Positions 10,515-21,252 of a DNA stretch of 64,000 nt are shown piece after piece (positions within the stretch are counted from its first letter, which is position 1; every line of letters begins with the position of its first letter). This DNA is from an uncultured Verrucomicrobiae bacterium (lineage in GTDB: Bacteria > Verrucomicrobiota > Verrucomicrobiia > Palsa-1439). The notes beneath the pieces are model-generated. The model saw only the letters and a program-made list of their open reading frames with translations. It had not been told where the DNA came from and did no database searches. The stretch covers positions 352,001 through 416,000 of the forward strand of contig CAWEWF010000004.1 in the NCBI GenBank assembly GCA_963812605.1, read 5' to 3'. The translations under genes and the position numbers were made by a program.

Positions 10515-10888
10515 AACTTGTGGACACATCCGCGTGGGTGGAATACTTGCGCTCCGGGCACGGGGAGGTTGCTGAGAATGTAGAGTCGCTGATCCTGTCC
10601 GACGACGCTGCCTGGTGCGACATGGTGATGCTTGAGCTTTGGAACGGCGCACGCGGACAGGAAGAAAGACGAAAGCTGGCGGAATTGTCAGCCGCCGCTC
10701 CGCGCTTCGAAACCAATTCCGAAGTCTGGAAACTGGCGCATCGGTTGGCCACTCGCTGCCGCGACAAGGGTAAGACCATTCCGGCGACCGACATTTTGAT
10801 TGCCGCCTGCGCCACTCACCACGAGGTCGAGTTGGAGCACAAGGACGACCATTTTGACATAATTCTGCCGCTGGCAAAATCATTATGA
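10496..10888 (+). CDS. vapC: VapC PIN-domain toxin
   Basis: LVDTSAW, EL, DILIAACA, DDHF; likely start GTG 10511. Confidence 0.9.
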   Translation: MDEDLVKLVDTSAWVEYLRSGHGEVAENVESLILSDDAAWCDMVMLELWNGARGQEERRKLAELSAAAPRFETNSEVWKLAHRLATRCRDKGKTIPATDILIAACATHHEVELEHKDDHFDIILPLAKSL

Positions 10889-11011
10889 ATCCGAACGCCG
10901 CCCTGCTCCGCTGCGGCAATCTGCCGGCGCTCAGATGGACGATTGAACCGAACACTGGCATTTCTGTCGCGAATGCGGAATTGACCCCGACAGCCGGCTG
11001 CCGTCACCGAT

Positions 11012-11359
11012 TCAGTCCTTCTTCCGTGCGGCACAAATACCACACCGAATGCGCGTGCCGATTCTGTCTTCGCTCAGGATTAGACTGACGAGTTTCCGGT
11101 CTGCATCCCAGCACGTGAGGCAATATGGCCGCTCCTTATTTTTGTCGTCGTCCAAGAAGTAACTGTTGCCGTCACGACGCAAGCGTGTTGTGATGTCGCT
11201 GGCTTCCTTCAGCGACTTAACCTGCTCGCGTAGTTCCAAATTCTCCTCGCGTAGTTGGAGAATTTCCTCGCGTAGTCCCACAATACGTTCGTAGAGATCT
11301 TGGTCGTTGTATTTCTTGACCAACTCTGCAATTTCTTTGGCGTGGTCCAGTATGCTCAT
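11012..11359 (-). CDS. coiled-coil + Zn-ribbon hypothetical protein
   Basis: heptad region, CLTC...CGIC; AGGAG RBS. Confidence 0.75.
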   Translation of the reverse strand: MSILDHAKEIAELVKKYNDQDLYERIVGLREEILQLREENLELREQVKSLKEASDITTRLRRDGNSYFLDDDKNKERPYCLTCWDADRKLVSLILSEDRIGTRIRCGICAARKKD

Positions 11360-11392
11360 GATTTCTCCTAGACGGGCGTGATAAACCTAACG

Positions 11393-12250
11393 TCAGGCTG
11401 AGGAATCACCTTCAGAGATTTGCCTGCCCGACTCGTCCTTGAATTTTCCATTTTCAAACTCGACCAAGCTGGAGATGAAACGGACATCGTCCTCTGAAAG
11501 TTCAAACCACTCGCCATGAACCCTTTTCTTGGTAAACCAGCCGTGGAGTATCTTCTCAGCTTTGTAGCTATCATCTGCGCCGATCTCGTGCATGACTAGA
11601 ACTGTGAATGGAAGCAGGGTATTGACACCTTTGGATCGCGTCTTAGGTTCTCCGCTTACACCGATTTTGTATATGCGTCGTTCTTTGTTTCCTAGCAAAT
11701 ACACAAAGCCATCATACTCCTTATTGGTCGCTCTATTAGGATGCTGCCCGCACCGTTCTTTACATGGCCAACAAGCCTTTTTGCCTTCTATGTCAATGCA
11801 AACAGATTTCCTACCTTCTTTACCCTCGCAACGCTTGCTTGCTTGCAATTCACACACTGCCCATGTGTTAACACGGTGTATGCCAGGGAGAAGCACCTCG
11901 ATAAGTTCCTCAACGTCGCTGTGAAACAACTCCAGCTTAATGGGAGGCTTTCGACCAAAATAAAGTTCGAAGGGGTCCCGTGGAGAGCTAAACTCCAGGT
12001 TGTCTAAACGGTGGTCCCGTAGCCGTAGCTGTATACGGATACGAATGCCATTCCAATCCACCCATTCATACTCCAAGGCGGAGCCTTGGAAATGGTCACC
12101 GAAAGGTATAGCGCCACGTTCCTTGCTGGTGTCGAGTAGTCCTGAGATGAAGCCGAAATGCCAGACTGCATCAAAGAGCCAGTCGATGACCTTCCTCTGG
12201 ACGAGTTCTCTCGCCTGCTGCGAATCGCCAGTGTCATCTGTGTGAGACAT
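11393..12250 (-). CDS. GIY-YIG (T5orf172/MUG113-like) domain protein
   Basis: GFVYL...YKIG.S..P..R...EKILH....KRVHGEWF. Confidence 0.8.
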   Translation of the reverse strand: MSHTDDTGDSQQARELVQRKVIDWLFDAVWHFGFISGLLDTSKERGAIPFGDHFQGSALEYEWVDWNGIRIRIQLRLRDHRLDNLEFSSPRDPFELYFGRKPPIKLELFHSDVEELIEVLLPGIHRVNTWAVCELQASKRCEGKEGRKSVCIDIEGKKACWPCKERCGQHPNRATNKEYDGFVYLLGNKERRIYKIGVSGEPKTRSKGVNTLLPFTVLVMHEIGADDSYKAEKILHGWFTKKRVHGEWFELSEDDVRFISSLVEFENGKFKDESGRQISEGDSSA

Positions 12251-12265
12251 TGCCGCGATGTGTGG

Positions 12266-12610
12266 TTACCTCTTCCGTTTTGCGCGGTACTTGGCTCGTG
12301 CCTCAGCGATTGTCGTGGACGGTGCTGGCGGCAGTTCACGAATGAACGACCAGGAGACTTCGGCGACTTCGTCGGTGTCGTAGGTGACTTTGAAATGGCT
12401 GCCCAGATCGTTGTCTACCTCTACACTCACCGGGATGGCTTTGGCGGAAATCCGGTTGGCCTTCTTGATGGCGGATTGCGGCTCAAGAAAGCAGAGGCCG
12501 TCCGCAAACTCCACTTCGAAGGCGTCTTCCCAGCCCAAATACCGGGCCCTGCGGACGCGGGCAAAGACCGCCTGGCCGTACGGTTTCTTAAGTTGAACGT
12601 GTGTCTTCAC
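12266..12610 (-). CDS. DUF2442-like protein
   Basis: ARYL...FEVEFADG and ..VSWSFIR pattern (by eye). Confidence 0.5.
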   Translation of the reverse strand: MKTHVQLKKPYGQAVFARVRRARYLGWEDAFEVEFADGLCFLEPQSAIKKANRISAKAIPVSVEVDNDLGSHFKVTYDTDEVAEVSWSFIRELPPAPSTTIAEARAKYRAKRKR

Positions 12611-12699
12611 AGGCGACCTTCGTTTTTCAATTCCGTGATCAGCTTAATCAGTTTGTCGTCCGGCGTCCAGCAAGCACCGTGTGGCTGTGTTTTAAAATT

Positions 12700-13178
12700 T
12701 GGCCGGCGGGCGTTGGGGTGGGTGAGATGCTCCAAGCGGTTGTGCTCGGCCACGCGCAGCGCCAGGACTTGTTGGCGACGGGTGACCAACTCCGCCAGTT
12801 GACTCTGGGCGGCGCTCAACGCGGCGGTGCCGGCCGGGTGTACGGCGGCGCCGTAAGCCGCCAGCACGGCGGCATCCAGTTGGTCAGTCTTGGCCAGCCG
12901 ACCGGTGGCGCGGGCGAAGTCGCGCACGTGACGCGCGTTGACTACCGAAACCACTACACCGGCGCGTGCAGGGCGGCCACGACGGCGCGTTCATAGCCGC
13001 CTGTGGCTTCGCCGATGACGTGCACGGATCCCAGAGCTTGCAGCCAACGCACCAAGGCGCGGTGGCCCTGAGGGTGGTTGGGAAACTGACGGAACTGCGC
13101 GCGGGATCCGCTGGCGGCGTGCAGATCCAGGGTGAGTTTGGCGACATCCATTCCGACGTAGACGATCGATGGCAACAT
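12700..13178 (-). pseudogene. IS110 transposase, frameshifted (~12955), lacking C-terminal domain
   Basis: YVGMDVAK, GEATGGYE, VVNAR, AKTDQLDA. Confidence 0.88.
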
Positions 13179-13187
13179 GGTTAGACT

Positions 13188-13370
13188 CCTCCTTGCAATG
13201 CGAGCTGGTGGTGGCGCGGATGGGCGCGACCGCCGCTCTGGCAACTGTTCGAGCGTACCGACAGGCAACGCGGATGGATCCAGCTCCAAACGGACAGGTC
13301 TGAACCGAACCGAGGGCCACGACGATCACTTCCGCGCGCCCTTGGGGGGCATGCCCCCCAAGGGCCATCC
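13188..13370 (-). ncRNA. IS110 bridge RNA (predicted)
   Basis: 5' hairpin 13338-13365; target guides CGTGGCCCT/TTTGGAG; donor guides ACAGTTGCC/CATTGCAAG in IS621-like layout. Confidence 0.75.
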
Positions 13371-13426
13371 TGTCGCTCCCACACGGTGGGAAACCAAGCC
13401 AGAGAGTACCAAAAATTCTAGATACA

Positions 13427-13488
13427 AGGGCCACGCTCCGTCGCGTCGCGTTCATTCAATGCGGCCACGACGGAGCGTGTCCCTCCAA
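13427..13488. repeat. REP-like palindrome (IS110 target)
   Basis: arms agggccacgctccgtcg / cgacggagcgtgtccct. Confidence 0.75.
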
Positions 13489-13557
13489 GCCGCAGATCAG
13501 GACGTTACCCACCGTATTGTAATAATCCCGAGGCGGGACACCACGAGGAAGACCGGA

Positions 13558-14671
13558 CTACAGCGTCCGGCGAAACAGCAGCGTGGCGGCGGTCATGGCC
13601 AGGACGGTGAAAACCAACAGAAAAAGCAGGTCGCCGCTGACGGCCACAAGCCGGTGTTTTTCAAGACGAAGCTGTTTGAACCCGTGCACGGCGTAGGTGA
13701 ACGGGTCGACGACCGCGATGGCTTTCATCCAGGCCGGAAAGGATTGCGTGGGATAGACCGCGCCGCTGGGGAAATACAACACCGTGTTCAACATCCCGAA
13801 AATGGCGCGCGGCACCAGCGGGTCGCTCACGCGCACCATGATCAGAAACATCATGCTGATCAGCGCCAGCGCCGTCGCCACCACCAGCAACAGCATCTTC
13901 GCCAGTCGCAGCGGGATTCAACGGATCGGGAATTCCCGCGATGAGCGAGCCGAGAGTGATCAAAACCACCCCGGCGATGATGGCCTTGGCCGCGCCGGCG
14001 AGCGTGAAACCCAGAATCAATTCAAATTTGCGGATCGGCGTGACGAGATAGCCCTCGTGCAGGCCGCGCGCCTTGTCGTCGATGAAAATGATGCCGCCGC
14101 CGATCATGGCCGAAACAAAGATCGCCAGCACGATCGTGCCGGGCAGCAGGTACTGGATGTAAGGCACGTACGGATAAATCTCCACGACGGAGAGCGTCGC
14201 CGCCGCGGTCGTGCGCGGCGGAACGGCGGGTCCATTGTAGGGCGCAAGCATGCCATTGAGGCTGCCTTCGAGCGCGGACGCGGAGAATTGTCGGTGTTGT
14301 CTTCGACCAGCGCGATGCGCGGATTCGCTCCGGCGAGGACCTTGCGCGAAAACTCCGGCGGAATGTCAGCACGCCGTTGATTTTGCCGTTGCGCAGATCG
14401 CGCAGCGCGGCCGCCTTGGTCGCTGTAAGCAATCGGTGTCGAAGGTGCGCGCGTTGGCGGCGACGGCCTGGCACATTTCCTTCAGTTTGATCGCCGGCAC
14501 GCCGTGGTCCTGGTCGACGACGCCGACTTTCAGGTGCTTGACGTTGCCGCCGAACGCGTAGCCCGAGCACGACCAGCTGCACCAGCGGCATGACGATGGA
14601 GACGATGACCAGAACCGGGCTGCGCCGGAACCGGCGCAGGTCGCGTTCGATGATGGCCCAGATGCGGTGCA
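13558..14671 (-). CDS. ABC-2 permease, several frameshifts
   Basis: fragments MHRIWAIIERDLRR, YLLPG, GYLVTPI, FPSGAVYP in different frames. Confidence 0.8.
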
Positions 14672-14701
14672 TATCGTCTTGTCCTCTTATCCTCGCTGCA
14701 T

Positions 14702-15677
14702 CAGAAACGGGCTGTTGGCAGCCGCCGGGCGCCTGCAACGCGTCGCGCAGTTGATGGCCGGTGTAATGCACGAACACGTCGTCGAGCGTCGTGCTCTGCA
14801 CCGAAAGCGAAGTCACCGTGACGTTCGCGTTGCGCGCCGCTTCCATCAATGCCACCGTCGTGCGCGGGCCGTTGTTCGACGAAATCCGGAAGATGTTGTC
14901 CTCCGCCTTCACTTCGGCCACGTCGGGCAGGTGTTTTCACGTCTCCAGCCAGTGTTGCGGACGTTCGAGAAACTGACCTCCAGAATGTTCTTGCCGGGAA
15001 TCGAGGCCTTCAATTTCAGCGGCGAATCCAGCGCCACCAGTTTTCCGTGATCCACGATCGCGATGCGGTCGCAGAGCTTGTCGGCTTCGTCCATGTAATG
15101 CGTGGTGACGAGGATCGTCAGGTCGCGCTCGCGTTTCAGCCGCGAGAGCATCTCCCAGACCGCGACGCGCGAAACGGGGTCGAGGCCGGTGGTCGGCTCA
15201 TCGAGGAAGAAAAGCTTGGGCTCATGCACCAGGCCGCGCGCGATTTCCAGCCGGCGCCGCATTCCGCCGGAAAACATTTTCACCGGCTTGTCCGCCCATT
15301 GTTCAGGTCCACTGCCTTCAGCAACTGGTCGGATGGTGCGCAGCCGCTTTTCGCGCGGAATGCCGTAGAGCTTGGCGAAGATGCTCATGTTCTCCTCCGC
15401 GCTCAGATCGAGATCGGACGTCATCGCCTGCGGAATGACGCCGATGGACTGGCGCACGTCGTTGGCCTGCGCGGACGATGTCGAAGCCGTTGACGCGCGC
15501 CGTGCCGGAAGTCGGCGGCACCAGCGTCGTCAACATGCGGATGAGCGTGGATTTGCCCGCGCCGTTTGGCCCGAGCAGACCGAACACCTCGCCGTGCTCG
15601 ACGGAGAAGTTCAGCGCGTCCACGGCCGTAAAATCGCCGAAGCGCTTGGTCAAATTTTCAACGTCGATGTCAGCCAT
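14702..15677 (-). CDS. ABC ATPase (DrrA-like), frameshifted
   Basis: [32 protein letters not shown] in different frames. Confidence 0.85.
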
Positions 15678-16544
15678 GGCCTCACGGGCCTTTCAACGGC
15701 AACGTAACGTAAGCGGTCATGCCGACCGCGAGGCGCGGTCGCGGTTGTCACAGCGCAGGCGGATTTCAAACGTCTTGATGTCGCGCTTGGTGCGGCTCAC
15801 GTCGCGTTGCGTGGCGTAATCCGCGTCCACGCCGCGATAGAACACCGTGCCTTCGCGCACTGCGCCGGAAGGCAGTCTCACCGGCAATTTGTCGCCGAGA
15901 CGAATGCGGTCGATGTACGTCTCCTCGACGTCGGCGCGCACCCAGAGATCGTCCGGGTTGATCAGGGTGACGATCGCCTGGCCGGGATTCACGACTTCGC
16001 CCTGCAGCGCCGCGCGCGTGTCCACGATGCCGTCGATCGGCGCGAGAATCCGGGTGTAACCCAGTTGCACCGTCGCCTTCGTGCTCTGGGCGCCCGCCGC
16101 TTGGGTTTGTTTGTTGACGGATTCGACCCGTGCTTTCGCGGCGTCGTAAGCCGTTCGCGCCTGATCGTAAGCCTGGGCGGACTCGGCGCCCTGGCGGTAT
16201 AAGGCCTCCTCGCGCTGATAGGTCAGGCGGGCATTTTCCAGATCGGCTTTTGCCTGCGTAATCTGCGCGGCGTACTGTTGTTCACTGCTCGCGTAAAACG
16301 CAACGTCAGCCTGCTGTTCCTGGGGTTGGATGACGCCGAGCAATTCGCCATTGGTGACCACGTCGCCTTCTTTGACGAAGAGTTGCTGCAAACGGCCCTG
16401 GATTTCAGGGCCAACAATCACCTCATCCGTCGTCACAATGCCGGTCAAAACGATTGCGACAGGTGGCCGGGTGCTGGCGTAATAAATGACAGCCGCGACA
16501 ACGGCGAGAATCACGATTAAAACAAGGATTTTGGGTTTGTTCAT
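15674..16544 (-). CDS. HlyD-family adaptor (3' frameshift near 15720)
   Basis: N-terminal anchor, lipoyl motifs, ILAPIDG. Confidence 0.85.
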
Positions 16545-17200
16545 GGTAGGCGAGATTTTGGATCCGTAAATAAACCGTGGCGGACGAAATCGAGCACCTC
16601 TTGTTTGCGCCGCTTCAAATTGCGCGCGCTATAAGCGTCCGGGTGTCCCAGCAATTGCAAGACCCGTGCGGCGGAGAAATAAAACACGATCAGGGACACG
16701 ATCGACACGGAGGTCTGGAAGGCATCCGCGTGGCGAAATTCTCTGTTGCGCATCCCGCGTTCGATCAACTTGCCAAGGGCCTCGCCGCGCGGCGCGAAAT
16801 ATTTATGGATCAGCCGCTCCAGAAAATCGCCGCCGGTCATCATCACCTGCTGGAACAACGGCGCGGATTGATGGCTGGCGCTGATGAAGTCAAAGTGCAG
16901 GCTCACATAACGAAGCAAGACCACTCGCGCTGGTCCCGGCGCATTGAGTGCTTCCAGTGCCTGGCGGTTGAATTCACGGAAATGGTCCTCAACCACCGCT
17001 TCATACAGACCTTCCTTGCTCTTGAAGTAGTAGTAAAGGAGCGCCTTGTTCACCCCGGCCGCGGCGGCAATGGCATCGGTGCGCGCTCCCGCCAGGCCGG
17101 ACTGCGCAAAGATGCGTCCGGCGGCGGCCAGAATCGCGGCGCGTGTCTCCGCGCTACGCCCTTGCCGTCCGGCCGGCTTGCCTGTTTTTGAAAGGCTCAT
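16541..17200 (-). CDS. TetR-family regulator
   Basis: IAAAAGVNKALLYYYFKSKEGLY. Confidence 0.93.
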   Translation of the reverse strand: MSLSKTGKPAGRQGRSAETRAAILAAAGRIFAQSGLAGARTDAIAAAAGVNKALLYYYFKSKEGLYEAVVEDHFREFNRQALEALNAPGPARVVLLRYVSLHFDFISASHQSAPLFQQVMMTGGDFLERLIHKYFAPRGEALGKLIERGMRNREFRHADAFQTSVSIVSLIVFYFSAARVLQLLGHPDAYSARNLKRRKQEVLDFVRHGLFTDPKSRLP

Positions 17201-17201
17201 G

Positions 17202-17225
17202 ATTTAACTAACCAGATAGTTAAAT
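17202..17225. promoter_or_regulatory. putative TetR operator
   Basis: perfect palindrome ATTTAACTA-N6-TAGTTAAAT at the tetR start. Confidence 0.75.
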
Positions 17226-17375
17226 TTTATCATTAGTTGAATTTCTGTCAAGCCGTACCCCTTCCCAGGCCGACGAAAGCCGGCTTGACTCAAACGGCCT
17301 GTTAGAGCCTAATCTAGCCGTTGTTCTGGGTTATGCCGGTGTTTGCCCTCTGGGGTTGTTTGAATGGGAATTCAA

Positions 17376-20284
17376 TGGTGAAGCCAGTTTTATTCTTCGG
17401 GATGGTTTTTTCCATCCTCGCTCTCGCATTCGCAGCCCCTGCCCAAGTGACGGAAAGGCAGGTTTTGCGGGGTCATGTGCCAAGGGCCGTTGCGGAGTTC
17501 AACTTGCAGCCGGTGGAGAAGCTTGCGAGTTCAACGAACCTGAATTTAGTGATCGGACTGCCGTTGCGCAATCAAGGCGCACTGACGAATCTGTTGCAAC
17601 AGCAATACACGCCAACAAGCTCCCAGTACCATCACTGGCTGACCCCAAAGGAATTCACGGCCAAGTTCGGACCGACGGAGGAGGATTACCAGGCAGTCAT
17701 CGCGTTTGCCAAGGCGAACGGGTTCACCATTACCGCAACACACCGCAATCGTACCCTGGTGGATGTGCGCGGCTCCGTGGCGGACATCGAGAGGACGTTC
17801 CGGGTGACACTGCGCACGTATCAACACCCGACGCAAGCCCGCAAGTTCTACGCGCCAGACGTTGAGCCGTCTGTCGACCTGACGGCCCCGGTATTGCACG
17901 TCGCCGGCTTGAACAATTACAAATTGCCGCATCCCTTAAGTGTCCGGGCGACTCCGGAAAGCAAGGTGGCGCCCGCCTCCGGTTCGGGGCCATCGGGCAG
18001 CTATATGGGGAACGATTTCAGGTCCGCTTATGCGCCGGGGGTTGCGCTCGATGGTTCCGGGCAAATGGTCGGCTTGGTGGAGCTGGATGGCTATGACGCC
18101 AGCGATATCACCAGTTACGAGAATCAAGGCGGCTTGCCGCATGTGCCGTTGAAGAATGTCTTGTTGGGCGGGTTCAGCGGAACCCCCACGGCCGATGCCG
18201 ACCAGGTGCAGGAAGTGTCCCTGGACATCGAGATGGCGGTTTCCATGGCACCGGGGCTGTCCCAGGTCATCGTCTATGAGGCCCCGAATGATTCAGCATT
18301 TACTGGTGATGTTTTGAACCAAATCGCGATGGACAACCTGGCCAAGCAAATCAGCTGTTCCTGGGAAATCGGCGACGACCCGACTTTTGACCAGATCTAT
18401 CAACAATATGCCGCGCAGGGCCAGTCGTTCTTCCAGGCCTCCGGGGACAACGGAGCGTTTACCTCACTTTGGTTCGGTCAGCAGCAAGCGGACAGCCCCT
18501 ATATCACCCTGGTTGGCGGAACGACCTTGACAACCGGGCCAGCAGGAAGCTGGCAGTCTGAAACTGTTTGGAACTGGAACGTAGGCACCGGAGTGGACGC
18601 GACGGACGGCGCCAGTGGCGGCGGGATCAGCGTCAATTACCCTATCCCGACTTGGCAACAGGGGATCGCCACGGGCTCAAACCAGGGATCGTCGTCCTCG
18701 CGAAACGTTCCGGACGTTGCCATGGTGGCAGACAGCGTGTACGTCATCTCCGACAACGGTAACGTAGCAACAGATATCGGCGGCACCAGTTGCGCCGCGC
18801 CGCTTTGGGCCGGCTTTACGGCGCTGGTCAACCAACAAGGCGAAGCCGGCGGTCTACCTACAGTCGGCTTTATCAACCCCGCGATTTATGCGATCGGCGA
18901 GGGGGTAACCTATGCCAGTTGTTTCCACGATATCACCAGCGGCAACAACGAAACCCATTTCAGTCCCTCCCAGTTTTCCGCCGCTTCCGGTTACGATCTC
19001 TGCACCGGCTGGGGCACGCCCAATGGCAGCGGCTTGATCAACGCCCTCACCCGCTCTGCGTGCACGAACGAGATCACGACAACCCCCGCGCCATCGGGCG
19101 GTGGCAGCACGAGCGGCGGCGGCACCGTGATCTGCGGATCGAGCGTCATTGTGATTGCGACGCCGAGTCCCTGTTATGCCTTCGTCAATTGGACCGAAAG
19201 CGGCGTTTCCGTGAGCACATCGCCGAACTATACGTTCACTGCGGCCAGCGATAGGACGCTGGTGGCCAACTTCACGCCCGTTACCACGGTACTGATCAAC
19301 TCGGACAGTTCACCTCCTGCTGGAGGGACCACCAGCGGCGGCGGCTCCGTAACTTGCGGGTCGAGCGTAATGCTCTCAGCCACTTCCTCCGCGGACTACA
19401 GTTTTGTAGATTGGACAGAAGGCGGGGTGGAGGTCAGCACCTCGCCGGATTACACGTTCACCGCGGCGGCTGACAGCACGCTGGTGGCCAACTTCACCTG
19501 TACCACCGCAATCCTGTCGACAAACGCATCTTACGACGGGACTGGCGGCCAGGGGACTGTCAATGTTTCAGCGGCATCTGATTGTGATTGGACAGCGAGC
19601 AGCCATGCATTTTGGATTACGATCACGTCGGGCATCAGCGGTTCCGGCACCGGGACGGTCAGCTACACGGTTGCTGCCAACATGAGAATCAGCGGGCGCA
19701 CCGGCACCATGATGATCGGAGGGCAAACGTTTACGGTCGACCAGGGTCCGCGCGTAAACTGCATCTTCGGTTTGAAAGGGTCGAGTATCACACTCCCGGC
19801 GAAAGGCGGCTCCAAGACGGTGAAGGTGGAGGCGTTTGGCACCACTTGCAATTGGACCGCTGTCAGCAATGATCCGTTTATCACGATCACCGAGGGCGCC
19901 ACCGGCACGGGTAATGGGACGGTTGGTTTCACCGTCCCCGGCAATACCAATACCGCGCCCTTGACCGGCACGATAACGATTGCTGACCAGACGTTCACGG
20001 TCAACCAGGCCGCGGGAGGATGCGCTTTCTCGCTGAGTCCGAAGGGCGCCAAATACAAGGCTACCGGCGGTTCCAAGGCGATCAAGGTAAAGCCCAAGCT
20101 GAACGATTGCGTTTGGACGGCAATCAGCAACGATCCGTTTATCACGCTCACCGGAGCTACCAGTGGCGTCGGGGCAGGAACGGTCAGTTACAGTGTCGCG
20201 GAGAACACGAATAGCACGCCGCTCACCGGCTCGATCACCATTGCCGGCGAAACCTTCACGATAACCGAGTCGGGCGCACCGTAG
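17376..20284 (+). CDS. secreted S53 (sedolisin) protease with prodomain, two InlB-B-like repeats and three BACON-like domains
   Basis: EVSLD, SGDNG, GGTSCAAP, YDLCTGWGTP; repeated C.WTA.S...ITIT. Confidence 0.88.
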
Positions 20285-20310
20285 GCCGGACAGAAGACCT
20301 CCCCTGCCGG

Positions 20311-21165
20311 TTAAATCACGTCCGCGAAAGCGGCTTTGGTGCGCATGAAGAAGGCGTAGCCGAGCGTCATGGCGACGAAACAGGCGAGCAGCACAATCAG
20401 ATAGCGGTCCCACACCGGCGCGATGCCCCAGAGCACGGCGTTGCGCGCCTGGTCAATCACCAGCGCGAGGGGGTTATACCGCACTATCGGCAACAAGTTG
20501 GGCGGAACCTTGCTGATCGAATAAAAGATCGCGCTGGCGTACATGATAATGACCATTATTACCGGCACGGCGGCATTGATGTCGCGCACGAACACGCCGA
20601 GGCTGGCCAGAAACCACGACAGGCCAAGACACAACAAGATCAGCGGCAACAGAATCAATGGCAGATAAAGCGCCGTAAGCGGAATCGAACCATGCGCCAC
20701 CCACAAGCCGATGAATAGCGGCAACAAACTGATGAGCAGATGCGTGAACGCGGCGGCAATGGCGGACACGGAGAGAATTTCCAGCGGAAACACCACCTTG
20801 GTAACGTAATTGGAATTCGACAGGACCAGCGTCGGCGCGCGGCTGAGGCATTCGGCAAAAAAATCGAACAGCACCAGCCCGCAGAACAGCGCGAGCGTGA
20901 AATCCAGTTTGCTTTCGTTGGGATGGTTGCCCAGCTTCGACTCGAAAATGTAGCCGAAGACGACGGTATACACGGCCAGCATGAACAGCGGCCGCAATAG
21001 CGACCAAAAGATACCGAGAAACGATCCGCGATAGCGGGAGAGCACATCGCGCCTGGTGAGCTGCCGGATCAGGTCGCCGCGCTGCCGCAACTGGCGGATG
21101 ATTTGCCACGGCAGCAGCAACTGCAGCCAAGGAATTTTCTTGTTGGCGGAATAGGTCGCGTGCAA
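20311..21165 (-). CDS. wzm: polysaccharide ABC permease
   Basis: RYRGSFLGIFW, KVVFPLEIL, FADVI. Confidence 0.92.
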   Translation of the reverse strand: MHATYSANKKIPWLQLLLPWQIIRQLRQRGDLIRQLTRRDVLSRYRGSFLGIFWSLLRPLFMLAVYTVVFGYIFESKLGNHPNESKLDFTLALFCGLVLFDFFAECLSRAPTLVLSNSNYVTKVVFPLEILSVSAIAAAFTHLLISLLPLFIGLWVAHGSIPLTALYLPLILLPLILLCLGLSWFLASLGVFVRDINAAVPVIMVIIMYASAIFYSISKVPPNLLPIVRYNPLALVIDQARNAVLWGIAPVWDRYLIVLLACFVAMTLGYAFFMRTKAAFADVI

Positions 21166-21252
21166 GATTAGCCAATAGACCAGTCAATTTTTCGGGGGAA
21201 TGCAAGCTGGAAATTGTCCCGCTGTCAGGTCGCGTGGCGGGAATAAATATTC

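Larger units (their letters stand above)
12700..13428 (-). mobile_element. truncated IS110-family element (left end + 5' part of transposase)
   Basis: left end CTTGTAT at 13428-13422; non-coding leader; DEDD transposase fragment; right end absent. Confidence 0.85.

Noticed and set aside
10885-11395. attC-like half sites (TCCGAAC after vapC; GTTAGGT before the Zn-ribbon gene)
   Set aside because: No matching partner boxes forming a full attC hairpin.
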